From the NCBI GenBank assembly GCA_000004985.1, contig GG738924.1: a stretch of DNA of 64,000 nucleotides, one strand, 5' to 3'. The notes under the pieces were generated by a model. It worked only from the letters and a program-made list of their open reading frames with translations. It had not been told where the DNA came from and did not search any database. Shown one piece after another: positions 34,051 through 45,277 of this stretch. How positions within the stretch are numbered: position 1 is the stretch's first letter; every line of letters begins with the position of its first letter. The translations under genes were made by a program, and so were the position numbers. Source of the stretch: Naegleria gruberi. Its lineage: Eukaryota.

Positions 34051-37000
34051 ATGGATATTAATTCATCTACCAAGGAGGAAACACCTTCAAATGGTGATGG
34101 TACAAAGGATAAACCTAATTGTGCTGATGATAATTCTTCTAACAAGGAAGAAGAAACTATTCGAAATGATACGAAACGAAATTCTTCTTCGTCTACAAAA
34201 CCAATAATTATTCATCAAGATGGAGAATCTAATACACCACCAACAATTGAAAAATCAAATTCTCCTCCTACTACAATAACACATAGTCAATCTTCACCTA
34301 ATATTTTCTATCCGAAAGGAAATCAACAAGTTTCTAATAATTTTCGTCATCATCAACAGATAGTTTTCAATACACCATCAACAACAACAATATTTGATGC
34401 TTCCCATCCGTCTAATTCTATCGAATTAAAAGAAGTTTCGAATAGTAATACTACCGTTGCAATTCCCCTTCATCAAACAAATCAAACTAATCAAACTAAT
34501 GTCCAATCGACAAGAAATGGAAAATATTCATCTCTTGCCGATAATTCCTTCTCCTCTACTAACATGCCTTCACCAAATCATTCAACAACTGTCAGTCCAA
34601 ATAATACGAAAGGTGAGACTAAACAAACTCTCAGACATCGAGCATTTTCGAATGTAAAATTGATTTCACCTAGAAAGAGACTGAAACAATCTCCTTCCAC
34701 TTCTAGTTTTCAAACTTCTTCTGATTCTTGGGATGTAAAAGAAAATCGTAAAGAATTGGAACAATTATTCGATTTTAAAAGAAGAGGTTATTCGAAAGGA
34801 GGCACCAAAGATTGTTGCTTTAATTTCTGGACAGCTATTTATAATACACTTTGTCCAGTGAATAGAATTTCGAACATTTTACTCTTCATTGTAATTATTC
34901 ATACATTAGTTTGTATTATTGCAACTTCAGTGATTTTATATTCTGCGTAAGTTGATTTTCTATTAGAATGTTTTTGGAATTAATTTCAATTCATTGAACT
35001 GTCATCATGTATCATACTTTATTTTTGGATTAATTTTCAATATTCTAATTTCTTTTAAAAGTGGAGAACAAAGTGTTCAAGAAATAACTCGACTCAATAA
35101 TATGAATCTAGTTCAAGAAATGGTTCAATTTTTGGATGTTGCAACCAAATCGAGTACAGAATTATCCATGCTCTTTTCAGTTCAATCGAAATATTACAAT
35201 GATACGAAAGGAAATGGAAGTTTTGTCGAGCCAATCACTCGATTCTCAACAGTTGTTGCTCCAAAATTGTATACCTATTCAAACTCCTTGTCTATGGTTT
35301 ATTATGGAAATGATAATGGTGATTTTGCATTTGCTGAGAGGTCTAGCACTGGTCCATATTTGTACCTTTCTCAGAACATTTTTCAGGATCAATTTAGTGA
35401 ACTGTTCAAGAATAAGACATTCCCTGCTTCGAATAATATTTATGTGTTTCTTACGAATGATTATTTTGAGCCCTATCTTCAAAAGAGTAATACAGTATTT
35501 AGGATTTTGTACAATTCAACATATGATCCGAGAGTGAGACCGTGGTACACTGCCACTGAATCATTGGAAAAGGGAAAACCAGTTTGGAGTAATGTATTTG
35601 TGGATGTGAATGGAAATTTAAGTATTGCTGCCAGTTTAGTTTTGAATAATTTGAATAGTATCAAACCCTCCTTCAAGGAAGTGATTGGTGTTCATGTGAT
35701 TTTCAAAAAAATTCAAACCTACCTGTTAGGACTCTATTCCTATACGAATAATTTGATGATTTTGATGGAGAATAATGGAAATTTACTCACTTCCAATGAA
35801 GATAGCTTTCCACTCACTTATTCCAACTTGTCGAGAGTGAACATATCCTCTTTTACCTCTGCCACTAAGTTTTCAAAGGAGGAGAAATCATTCTGGGGAT
35901 TGAGCAATGAAAAGCTAGATCTCATTGAAAAGATTTCCAATGTAATGGTTTCTAACAATTTACTAGATAAGAGATTTAATGGAACTGTTCCGTGCACTTC
36001 TGAAACTTTTCAAGCAACACAGGTTGCAGACATTCCAGATCAATTCTGTATTCTGAATCGATTTGTAGCCATCAAGCAGTATAACACATCAACTTCTTTT
36101 GTGAGTGTGAGTCGTTTGATTGATGCATGTGGCATGGATTTCTATTTTATAGTGAGCAGAACGTATTACTCATTCGCTGATGTATTGGTTGACCATTATG
36201 TTGGTCTATTGGTTGTTCTTGTAGTTACTGTTTTGATTGGTACACTGGCTGTACTGGCTCTCACATCATGCATCTCTTATTCACTCTTCTTTGTCTCTAG
36301 AAAATTGTATTACATTTCCAAGTTAAGACAAGGGGACAAACCAAAGCAAAGTTTAGCTTACAAGGCACAACGAGCCATCAATATGATATTCTATGAGGTT
36401 CACACTTTACAAAAATGTTTGGATAGTGTAGAAAGAGCCAACTCGAGTTTTATCAAGTACATTCCAAGAAGTGTTGTCAAGTTTATTGTGGAAGGTTCAT
36501 CAAGTGCCAAACTAGGAATGATTAACGCTGAAATTACAATAGTATTTACAGATTTAGCCAATTTTACAAATATCAGTGAGTCATTGTCAATTCACAATTT
36601 GCTTTTAGTTATTTCCAGATATTTTGAAGTTGTCACGTCAAATGTTCAAGAATGTGGAGGAATAATTGACAAATATATTGGAGACGGTTGCATGGCATTG
36701 TTCAATACTCCCTATCAACCAGTCACTCATCATGCAGAACATGCTTGTAAGGCTGCAATCAAAATTGTCAAGGGATTGAAAAAACTAAACAAGGAAATGG
36801 AAGAAATTTACAAGATGAAACTTCCAACAGAAATTAGTGCACGAGTTGGTGTTAATACTGGCAGCGCACTGATTGGAAATATTGGAACTCATGATAGATT
36901 GAACTTTACTGCTGTTGGCGATTGTGTAAATGTTTCAAGTCGTTTGGAATCTCTCAATAGAATGTATGGAACTAAAATATTGATTGGTGAAGGAAGTGTT

Positions 37001-37984
37001 TCCACCTTCAAAGGAATTGACAAGCTCAGAGGAGAAACAAAGGACCATTTTTCAACCATGCTCGATCAAAGAGAATTTTCTCTCTCTGATCTCTCACAAA
37101 AAATGATGAATTTGGTAGAATTTCAAGTAGCCACTCCAAAGACACACGAGAGTGTCGCTGCTCAGGCATCTGCTGATTTGGGAAAGGAAATGAGCTTTAG
37201 CTCTTCTTCCAATAATTTGAAAGCCACATCAACTTCATCCTCTCAGGACACTTCTCTGCCGCAAGTTGTGACCTACTTTATCGATACCATTTGCTTGAAA
37301 GGTAAAAATCAACCTGTTCCAGTATTTGCAGTTCAATGTGATAGAAAATTAGCGACATCTGAACAAATTTACATTGAAAAAATGTTGGATCTGGTTCGTA
37401 GAGAGCTATTGGAAGAGAAACGATTGAAAGATGTCATTCATTTATTGCGGAGTTTGATGCTTTTCTTTGAGGAGAATCAATTGACCGATTCACCAGTATT
37501 TAGAGAACACAACACTGATCATTATGAGTTTAAATTTGGAGAGGAAATTCATACACCTATTTCTAGCATCAATGGAGAAAAGACCGAGGAGGAAATTTCT
37601 ACCAATGTTGAAGGAGATCCCTATCCAGTCATTTACAAGGCCATTTCGAAACTAAAGGAAAGATTGGAACTTACCTTAATGGAACACGAAGCCAAGAAGA
37701 GAAAAGTCCAAATCAACAAGAAACGTAGTTTACTAACAGCACTCTCTATTGATACTCGATCCAAATCTGATCCACTCATTCATCCAATACTTCCAATTAT
37801 TCCAGATTTTTCAACAACTTCACTTTTGGAAGAAAACAACAATATTGAAACTGTGGAGAACTCTGAATCAACACCAACCATGGCCAAATATGAATATTAT
37901 CGACAAATGGCCTTGATGGAAAATGAAAATAGAAGAAGCTCAATGAAATTGGACGATTTTGCTTTGGTATTGCATGAGAAATAA
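34051..37984 (+). CDS. Receptor-type class III adenylyl/guanylyl cyclase. Exon 1 is 34051..34946 and exon 2 is 35062..37984. The intron 34947..35061 is 115 nt (GTAAGT...AAAAG).
   Basis: The S/T/N-rich N-terminus ends in a TM helix (LLFIVIIHTLVCIIATSVILY) and is spliced in phase to an extracytoplasmic sensor-like domain of about 380 aa (Cache/CHASE-like). A second TM (LLVVLVVTVLIGTLAVLAL) follows. The cyclase homology domain is AEITIVFTDLANFT...IDKYIGDGCMALFNTP...ARVGVNTGSALIGNIGTHDRLNFTAVGDCVNVSSRLESLN...YGTKILIGEGS, followed by a C-terminal tail. Confidence 0.75.
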
Positions 37985-38076
37985 AAAAGTGAAAACTTTC
38001 CCTCCAAAAATTGCCGTTACTCAAATTTTTTTAAAAAATTCTCAAAAAAAAGCCGCAACATCCTCTTCACAACAAT

Positions 38077-39552
38077 ATGTCCCTCAAACTCCAAGTCTAT
38101 GAAGATGTGGCTGAACAACAACAACAACAATGGCCTGATGTTTCCCTCCGTAAGCAACTCTCCCAATCCGACCCCAAATGGTTCATCAAGCCTTCTAATT
38201 ATTCTCACTTGGCAGAGTTGGAGATTTATCCAAGAGTTTTCCTTGGTTCTCAGTGGGAAGCAAAGGATCCAGACTGGTTTCAAACTCACAGAATTTCCCA
38301 TGTTTTGAATGTGAGTACGCTGCAGAATACCTTCCAGAAGAAGCCTTTGTATTATAGTAATTTATCAACAAATTCCTCATCGGATCCAGAGAATACAAAT
38401 CCAAATATTATGATGATGAATAGTATGAGTAGTGGTGGTAGTCATAGTGTAAATAAGAATACAACATTGAGTGGTAAACAACAGGTACATGTAAATTATT
38501 TAAAGATTAATGTTGATGATTCGACGGATGTGAATGTGAGAAAGTACTTTGAAAAGGTGATTGATTTTGTGAGGGATGCTTTGGAAGGATCCCCAACAAG
38601 TAATGTTTTAATTCATTGGTATGTTTTGTTGTTGTTTGATGATGAAGTTAATAATAATATTATTGTTGTTATTTGTTATATTGATGATGTTTGAAATAGT
38701 AAGGAAGGTAAATCTAGATCAGTGACCATGATGTTAGTGTTCGGAATGGCTTACTTTGATTTATCACTCTATGAAGCATATAAACACTTTGAAAATAAGA
38801 CTTTTAACAGATCGAGAATTAATTTGGGATTTCAATTACAATTGATGAATTATGAAGTGGAATTGTTGGAGGCAAAAGGTGTGGAAAAACCAAAGAATTC
38901 GCTGGATTTCCTTAATCAAGCAGCAGTTAATAGTTGTCGTAGTAATGTTACACAACCTCAACCAATTCAAATCACAACAACAGAAGAACAATCAAAGAGA
39001 CCTCGAAGAAATACCAAAAAGACACCACTCTCGGATATTACTAATACTGGAGCCACTACTTTACAGCCACCACCATCAAAAGCAAAGAAATCTACTGTTA
39101 AGGTACTTCCAAAGAAGACAAAGAATGCAACAACACCTATTCCACAAATAATTCCACCAATAATTAATATTGAAGAAGATATTCCTGAAATACCCTCAAT
39201 TGTTGAGAATAGTAGCATCTCAATAGATCAACAACAAGAAAACCAACCTGTTACACCTTTGAGAAGTCCAATAAGATCGAGAAGATCGAGTCGTAAAACA
39301 CCTTCTTCTATCATTAAGATTCCATTCTCAACACTGGACAATGCATCCTATGTTTCTCCAATGAAAAACAAGATGCCACCAACACCATTGGGAACTCCTT
39401 CTATCACTAATGACATTATAATAGATGATTATTCTACATTGGAATTTAAATTTGATGAGGATGATTTGGAAATTTCTAAAGGACTCGAAGATAGAGTATT
39501 CATGACAACTCCACTCAAAAAGAGAAAGACTGACGAAGATATTATGCAGTAA
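38077..39552 (+). CDS. Dual-specificity protein phosphatase (DUSP) with a long S/T/P-rich C-terminal tail. Exons are 38077..38618 and 38700..39552. The intron 38619..38699 is 81 nt (GTATGT...ATAG).
   Basis: DUSP N-terminal fold IYPRVFLGSQWEAKDPDWFQTHRISHVLNVS. Splicing reconstitutes the catalytic loop VLIHCKEGKSRSVTMMLVFGMAY (HCxxGxxRS). Unspliced, the frame runs into a stop after HWYVLLLFDD. Confidence 0.8.
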
Positions 39553-39973
39553 ACAAACAACAAATTAATTTATTTAATCAGAAATCAATTCCCTTCTCTA
39601 TTATGATGTGAAAAAAACCAATTTGCAAAGAAGCATGGAATTCATCAAATACCAAACTAAATACCAAAAGGTGAGGGTATACAATGGATTTAATCAAAGG
39701 AACGGATAAAATTGATTTCTGATTCTTCATCCTTCCTTTCACTTCTGTGAACATGTATTGAACTACTTTACACACCACCAATCAAAAGTTAAACGAAATC
39801 GTTTTGGAAAGAGAGATTTATTGTAAAAATGACTCGTACTAATCCTGGTTGATCAATGACATTATAATCAACTGTTATGGGAATAATTAGTAACACCATG
39901 TTCGAATCCTTTAAATACAGTCATTGTAACAACAAGCGAAATCAATTTTAAACAAAAAATATTCGAAACTTAA

Positions 39974-40501
39974 ATGACTGATCACGCTGAATTATTCAAA
40001 CCAAAGACTGGAGGCTTAGCTTTCAAGAGAGCTGCCAATGAACTATTCGAATACACCATCGTTGATGCTACCAATGCCTTGAAAAGTTACAATAGCAAAA
40101 TGATTCTCCTCATTGACTGGGATTCCCTTTCGAATATTCCAGCCGAATTAAAGTACAAGTATGGAGATACTGATAATGAAGAGAAAGCTCTCGATAACAT
40201 TATGAAATTCCTCAAGAACTCCTCCAGATTGAAGAGTTTGGGTGATTTAGTAATTTGGGAATTCGTCCAAGATTCGGATTGTAAAGAAGCATTTCAAGTA
40301 TTGGACAAGTTGATTTTCAGAGTTGTTCATAATGAGAATGATATGGATCATTCTGGTGCTCATGGATATACCTATCAAGTTAAAGGAAGTGAATTGATTG
40401 TAACTTTGGAATGTAATGTCACTCAAGTTATTCAATATCAATATGAAGGTTGGACTGTTGACAGATTTGAAGAAGTTAAAAAGTTGATGGCTTGTTTCTA
40501 G
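39974..40501 (+). CDS. Hypothetical protein
   Basis: 175-aa ATG...TAG ORF with normal coding composition and no recognised domain. Confidence 0.4.
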   Translation: MTDHAELFKPKTGGLAFKRAANELFEYTIVDATNALKSYNSKMILLIDWDSLSNIPAELKYKYGDTDNEEKALDNIMKFLKNSSRLKSLGDLVIWEFVQDSDCKEAFQVLDKLIFRVVHNENDMDHSGAHGYTYQVKGSELIVTLECNVTQVIQYQYEGWTVDRFEEVKKLMACF

Positions 40502-40778
40502 GTCAAGTGAGAATTGTGAAAAAGAAATTGGATTAATATTCAATAAAGAGAATTTGATAGTATTTATGATAGTTTCGAATATTCTATCGAATGGCTAGGT
40601 GTTACGACTAAATGAACACCGAATATACGGCATACGAGGAATAAGAACAAAATGAATGTTTGACAAATCTTTTCAGAGGACAGGATGTTTAAACAATTGT
40701 TACAATAAATCCGATTTCAGACGAATCTTCACTCAACAACATTCAACAGAATTAAAACTTAAAAAAAATCAACACGCC

Positions 40779-42333
40779 ATGGACTCATCCACTCAAATTC
40801 GTCGTTTACAAGTTATCAAATCTCATTTATATCAAGAGAATTCATCTTGGTCAACCAACATTGATTCTAATAATTGTGCAGCAACTTCTTCATGTCCACC
40901 TTCACCAACACTTCTGGCCATGACCAAGGAAAAGATGGGAACAGGAATTCCCAATCAGAGACAAAAATTGGCCAAGTGGAATGGTTGGGATACAAGGACA
41001 CAGATTTTACAATGAATTCCAAGAGGGAATGTTATGTGACTGGTGACAGGTACGTGATTGCTGGACAGTGTGTGCCAAATTTTCGTCCATGGTTTGAGAA
41101 TTTCACTGGTTTGAATACAAAATTCGAATCTTCAATTCAATCATGGTCAGAAATGAAACAAAAAATTGAAAAGCCAAATATTTGTGAAAAATTTATTGAG
41201 GATTTAAGGCAAGTCAAATGTTACAAATATTTGACATTTGATGATGAGGCTCGTTTGATGCATTCTCATGGACATTGTTGTCAAGAGATTTATCAATTAA
41301 GATTTGGAAGATATGTTGGTAAATGTCAAGATTGTCACTCCAAAGGGAACTTGGTTTCTTCCATGTAATGTCCCACACAAGTCAACTGGACCAGATTTGA
41401 TGCAGCTATTTATGGGATCTGAAGGAATTTTGGGAATTGTGACAGAAGTGACATTAAGAGTAAGGAAATGTCCTGAATGTCAAGTTTATGGCTCTGTGTT
41501 GGTTCCTGATTTTGAGGCAGGAGTTGCTTGTCTTCATGAAGTTTCGAATAGAAGAGTTGCTACTGCTTCGATTCGTCTAATTGACAATTCTCAATTTCAG
41601 TTTGGTCAATCACTAAAACCTAAACAAGAAAGTAAGCTTGAAGGCCTTAGTGATTGGTTTAAGGGTTTGTACGTTACTAAGGTTTGTGGATTTGATAAGG
41701 AAAAGATGTGTGTCATTACTTTATTATTCGAAGGAAGTCAATCTGACATTGACAGGCAACAGAAAATTATTTATGACATAACTGCTAAATATGGAGGACT
41801 TGTGGCAGGTGCTGAAGCTGGTTATCGAGGTTATTTACTGACCTATGTCATTGCTTATTTGAGAGATTATGGTTTCAATTATTATTTCATGTCAGAAAGT
41901 TTTGAAACTTCAGCTCCTTGGTCAAGAGTCGTTCCAATAATCAAGAAAGTAGAAGAAAGAGTCAAAGAAAGTGCCAAGCAACGAGGATGTTCCAACACCA
42001 TGGGTTTCGGCTCGTGTCACTCAAGTATACGAAACTGGTGCCTGTATCTATTTCTATTATGGATTCATCTTTAGAGGATTACAAGATCCAATTAAGGCAT
42101 TCTCAGAGATTGAAGCTGAAGCAAGAGATGAAATCTTACTTCAAGGTGGAAGTTTATCTCATCATCACGGAGTTGGAAAGCTCAGAAAGGAATGGATGAG
42201 TCAAGTGGTGGGAGATCAAGGAGTTGAGATTTTGAAAAAGTTAAAGAATAATGTTGATCCTGATAATTTGTTTGGAAATGGAAATTTGGGATTGACTAGA
42301 GCTGATTTGAGTATTTCGGCAAATATCGAATAA
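40779..42333 (+). pseudogene. AGPS: Alkyl-dihydroxyacetonephosphate synthase (AGPS)-like pseudogene. It has three frameshifts, and the central FAD-binding domain is absent.
   Basis: Four consecutive ORFs in different frames (40656..41015, 40874..41368, 41304..42074, 41971..42333) are colinear with human AGPS: RRLQVIKSHL...KWNGW | GYKDTDF...TGDRYVIAGQ...AHGHCCQEIYQLRF | EDMLVNVKIVTPKG...STGPDLMQLFMGSEGILGIVTEVTLRV...GYLLTYVIAYLRD...SAPW | RVTQVYETGACIYFYYGF...LSHHHGVGKLRKEWM...DPDNLFGNGNL. About 170 aa between the LRFG and EDML blocks (the IPIGGGTS/GGW FAD-binding region) have no counterpart. Confidence 0.7.
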
Positions 42334-42426
42334 AGTCAATTTCGAATATTATTTAATAGTTAACCGTTGAGATCTAGTTTTTATTTTTTCAAGTAATTCC
42401 ATGAGCAAAAACTCCAATCAAAATTA

Positions 42427-43416
42427 TTAAAGGTTTCGAATAATTCCAAAATACTTTTCCAAAATGTCCCACAACTCTTCCTCACTTTCAATAGTACGCT
42501 CTGTCACATTTCCCAACTTTCTAATTGTGAATTTTCTATCAACAATCGAATATCTACCTTCAGAAGTCATTAAGGCAACCAATACTATTTTAGTTTGTCC
42601 ATGATTTGGATTCGTAGTTGCATACCAAGCTCCCAATTCAGCATCTAACAATGACATGATATTATCTTCTTCAAAATGCATGATATCCCACCATTCAGAC
42701 TCTGGTTTGTTTTTATATTGAAGAAACCATTTCTTTTGGACAAGTTGACCATTTTCTTCATTGACATCTTGATGATTGATATTGGCACCAGTTTTAAATC
42801 GGTAGCAACCCCACTTGTCATGATTTAATTTCGTACTTGTAAAAATCTTTCCCAAAACCAAACGAAATACCTCGCCAGTATTTTCACTCTTTTCACAACC
42901 ATTACTTAAAAGGAGCGGAGATCTTGGTTGACCACCCCATCCCAAACCATTATCAACCAGATATCTATTTCCATCTTGACAATCAACCAAGAGAGCCATG
43001 TGTGTAGTGCAACTCAATGGCAATCCACTGTCCAATTCTGGAGCTACGAAACGATTGAGAAGTTTCACGCCAACTGTCGTGACAGAAAATCCAAATTCAC
43101 GTAAAGCTCTGGCCAAGAGTAAGTTTTGTTCAAAGCAAAATCCTCCACGAGATTTCAATACGAGCTTGGTAAAGATATCATTTGGATCGAGGGAAACTTT
43201 GATTGAATCTGGGAGGGAAGAATCTGAACTAAACATGCGCATCTCTGGATAAAGAGTTGCCAAATTTTCGAATGGAATGTGAATGGCATGATTCCATGAA
43301 ATGGTGTGTAATAGAGAATAAGAGTTGCCACATGTGTCAATCAATTGTTTTTCAACATTTTCACGAGAAACTAAACCAATACGGTTGAGATAACTGTCAA
43401 TATCAAATATGTCCAT
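42427..43416 (-). CDS. Arylamine N-acetyltransferase (NAT family)
   Basis: NAT motifs IPFENL and KSRGGFCFEQNLLLARAL (catalytic Cys). Length and layout fit NAT. ATG...TAA. Confidence 0.8.
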   Translation of the reverse strand: MDIFDIDSYLNRIGLVSRENVEKQLIDTCGNSYSLLHTISWNHAIHIPFENLATLYPEMRMFSSDSSLPDSIKVSLDPNDIFTKLVLKSRGGFCFEQNLLLARALREFGFSVTTVGVKLLNRFVAPELDSGLPLSCTTHMALLVDCQDGNRYLVDNGLGWGGQPRSPLLLSNGCEKSENTGEVFRLVLGKIFTSTKLNHDKWGCYRFKTGANINHQDVNEENGQLVQKKWFLQYKNKPESEWWDIMHFEEDNIMSLLDAELGAWYATTNPNHGQTKIVLVALMTSEGRYSIVDRKFTIRKLGNVTERTIESEEELWDILEKYFGIIRNL

Positions 43417-43630
43417 TTTTTTGATGCCAGTTGGAAAAACTCAACGATTATTGTTTACAAATTTGGATTAATGAGAATTGGATTAATAATTTAGCCGTTC
43501 AAAAAGATTTTTTTGTAAATTACAATTTTGTTGTTAAATTGTCTCATGGAAGATATTTTCAATGAGACAAATGTTACTTACCTTAATTAAGCTGGAGGAT
43601 GTGAGAGGACGAAAATTTTGTTGACCATAA

Positions 43631-43719
43631 GGGTGGTTAGCTCAGCGGTAGAGCACCGGATTGCAAAGTTATTTGCAGCAGACATCCGATGGTCAGGTGT
43701 TCGATCCACGTACCACCCT
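43631..43719 (+). tRNA. tRNA-Cys, anticodon GCA, with a 17-nt intron after position 37 (possibly a degenerate copy)
   Basis: GGGTGGT acceptor, TAGCTCAGCGGTAGAGC D-arm, anticodon loop TTGCAA | intron AGTTATTTGCAGCAGAC | A, T-loop TTCGATC, 3' acceptor ACCACCC. The intron carries TTGCA, complementary to the anticodon region. There is one mismatch in the anticodon stem and one G-G mismatch in the T stem. Confidence 0.6.
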
Positions 43720-44038
43720 ACCTTTTAATATTATGCAATAGTAAATAATTTATTTATTGTGTTGTCAACGATTCCTTAGTTTCGATCTTTAAATTTGTTG
43801 AAAAATAGAGAGAATTCTATTTTCTTAAATATTGCCTTGAAGAATATTGATTTGACTTGTAATTTGAAATATGAGTTGAAAAGTAAAATAGTAAATTGAA
43901 GTATTAGGGGAAATCAGATTTCTATCCAAATTTGGAACCTTACATCTAACTTTTTGAGTTTGTTCCAAATGAAAAACTATTCGAAATGGTTTAAATTATC
44001 ACCATCGTTGAACTATTCCATACAACAAAAACAAAAAA

Positions 44039-44998
44039 ATGAAAGTAAATCTACTCTTTTCAATTGCAATTCTACTCTTACTTGCAATACTCTCAGTTCA
44101 AGCAACTGACAGCTATCAAACCAAACCTCCAGTTGTCGTAGTTGACAAGTATCACAAACCAAGAATTTGTAAGAGAAAATGCTTAAAGCACAAGTGGATT
44201 AAGAAGTGTTTGAAACACAAACTCGTCGGTCAAAAGAAGGTCTGTGATCAATATGCCATTGTCGGTGCTGGCAAATGTCTCAAACATAAGAAATATTCCA
44301 AATGTGACAAGTATAGCAAGGCAACAAAGAAGTGTGTCTTGCATGCATACAAGATTGTTGGATGTGCCAAGAAGAAGTATTGGAAAGTTTGCGATTCTTA
44401 TGGAACTAAGAAGATTTGTATCAAGAAGGGTTTCAAGAAATTCTGTGCCAAGTACAAGATTATCAACAAGTGTGTTAAGAAGGGATATAAGAAGATCTGT
44501 AAGAAATTCAAGAAGGTTCCAATCAAGAAGTGTGAAAAGAAGAAGGTCTGTGATAAGTACACTGTTGACTCTTATAATAAGAAGGTTGCCAAATGTAGAT
44601 ATGTTAAAAAGTGCAAGATTGTTTCATGGGCAAAGAAATGTGCCAAGTATAAGAAGGTTAAATATTGTAAGGAGAGAAAATCCATTAAGAAATGTTGTCT
44701 CATTAAGAAGAAATTCTTCTGTGCCAAACATAAGACTATCAAGTTCTGTAAACACAAGAAGACTATTTCTAAATGTGTCAAATATAACAAGAAGAAGTAT
44801 TGTGCCAAGTCAATTGTCATTCCACCAAGATGTATCAAGAAGAAGTATTATAAGAAGTGTTTGAAACGTTCAAAGGGAAAGAAGATTTGTAAGAAATTCA
44901 AATTAGTTGGTGGAAAGAAGAAGTGTTGCAAGTCAATCAAGAAGAAGATTTGTATCAAGAGAAAGACATGCAAGAAGCCAATCATCAAAACCTTGTAA
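44039..44998 (+). CDS. Secreted Lys/Cys-rich repeat protein (about 30% Lys, about 13% Cys)
   Basis: Signal peptide MKVNLLFSIAILLLLAILSVQA, followed by about 20 degenerate short repeats of the form C-x-K-x-K-K-x-x-K-K-C (e.g. KCLKHKWIKKCLKHK, KKGYKKICKKFKK). ATG...TAA. The out-of-frame overlapping ORFs 44244..44864 and 44572..44838 are artefacts of the repeat. Confidence 0.6.
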   Translation: MKVNLLFSIAILLLLAILSVQATDSYQTKPPVVVVDKYHKPRICKRKCLKHKWIKKCLKHKLVGQKKVCDQYAIVGAGKCLKHKKYSKCDKYSKATKKCVLHAYKIVGCAKKKYWKVCDSYGTKKICIKKGFKKFCAKYKIINKCVKKGYKKICKKFKKVPIKKCEKKKVCDKYTVDSYNKKVAKCRYVKKCKIVSWAKKCAKYKKVKYCKERKSIKKCCLIKKKFFCAKHKTIKFCKHKKTISKCVKYNKKKYCAKSIVIPPRCIKKKYYKKCLKRSKGKKICKKFKLVGGKKKCCKSIKKKICIKRKTCKKPIIKTL

Positions 44999-45277
44999 AT
45001 TAACTGAATTTGCTTATGTGAGAAATATTACCAAATAAATTAAACTATTTCGCTACCCTTTATTTGGAAACTTTGGATGATAATATCCATCAACCAAAGA
45101 CCAATTGCACATTCAGTTTCAGATGTACAAGATCCAAATGAAGCTCTGAAACTATTCACTTTTTGGACATCCTTAATACTTTGAACAGTCAATAGCTGCA
45201 CATGAGTGGAGCACCTTGTTGTGAAAAGTGAGATTCTAAGGGAAAGTTTGTTTACAAGTCGAGAAGGATTTGAAAGA

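Noticed and set aside
44244-44864. 206-aa Arg/Ser-rich ORF overlapping the Lys/Cys-rich gene
   Set aside because: It is a +1 frame reading of AAG/AAA repeats. The in-frame protein with a signal peptide and regular Cys spacing is the coherent one.
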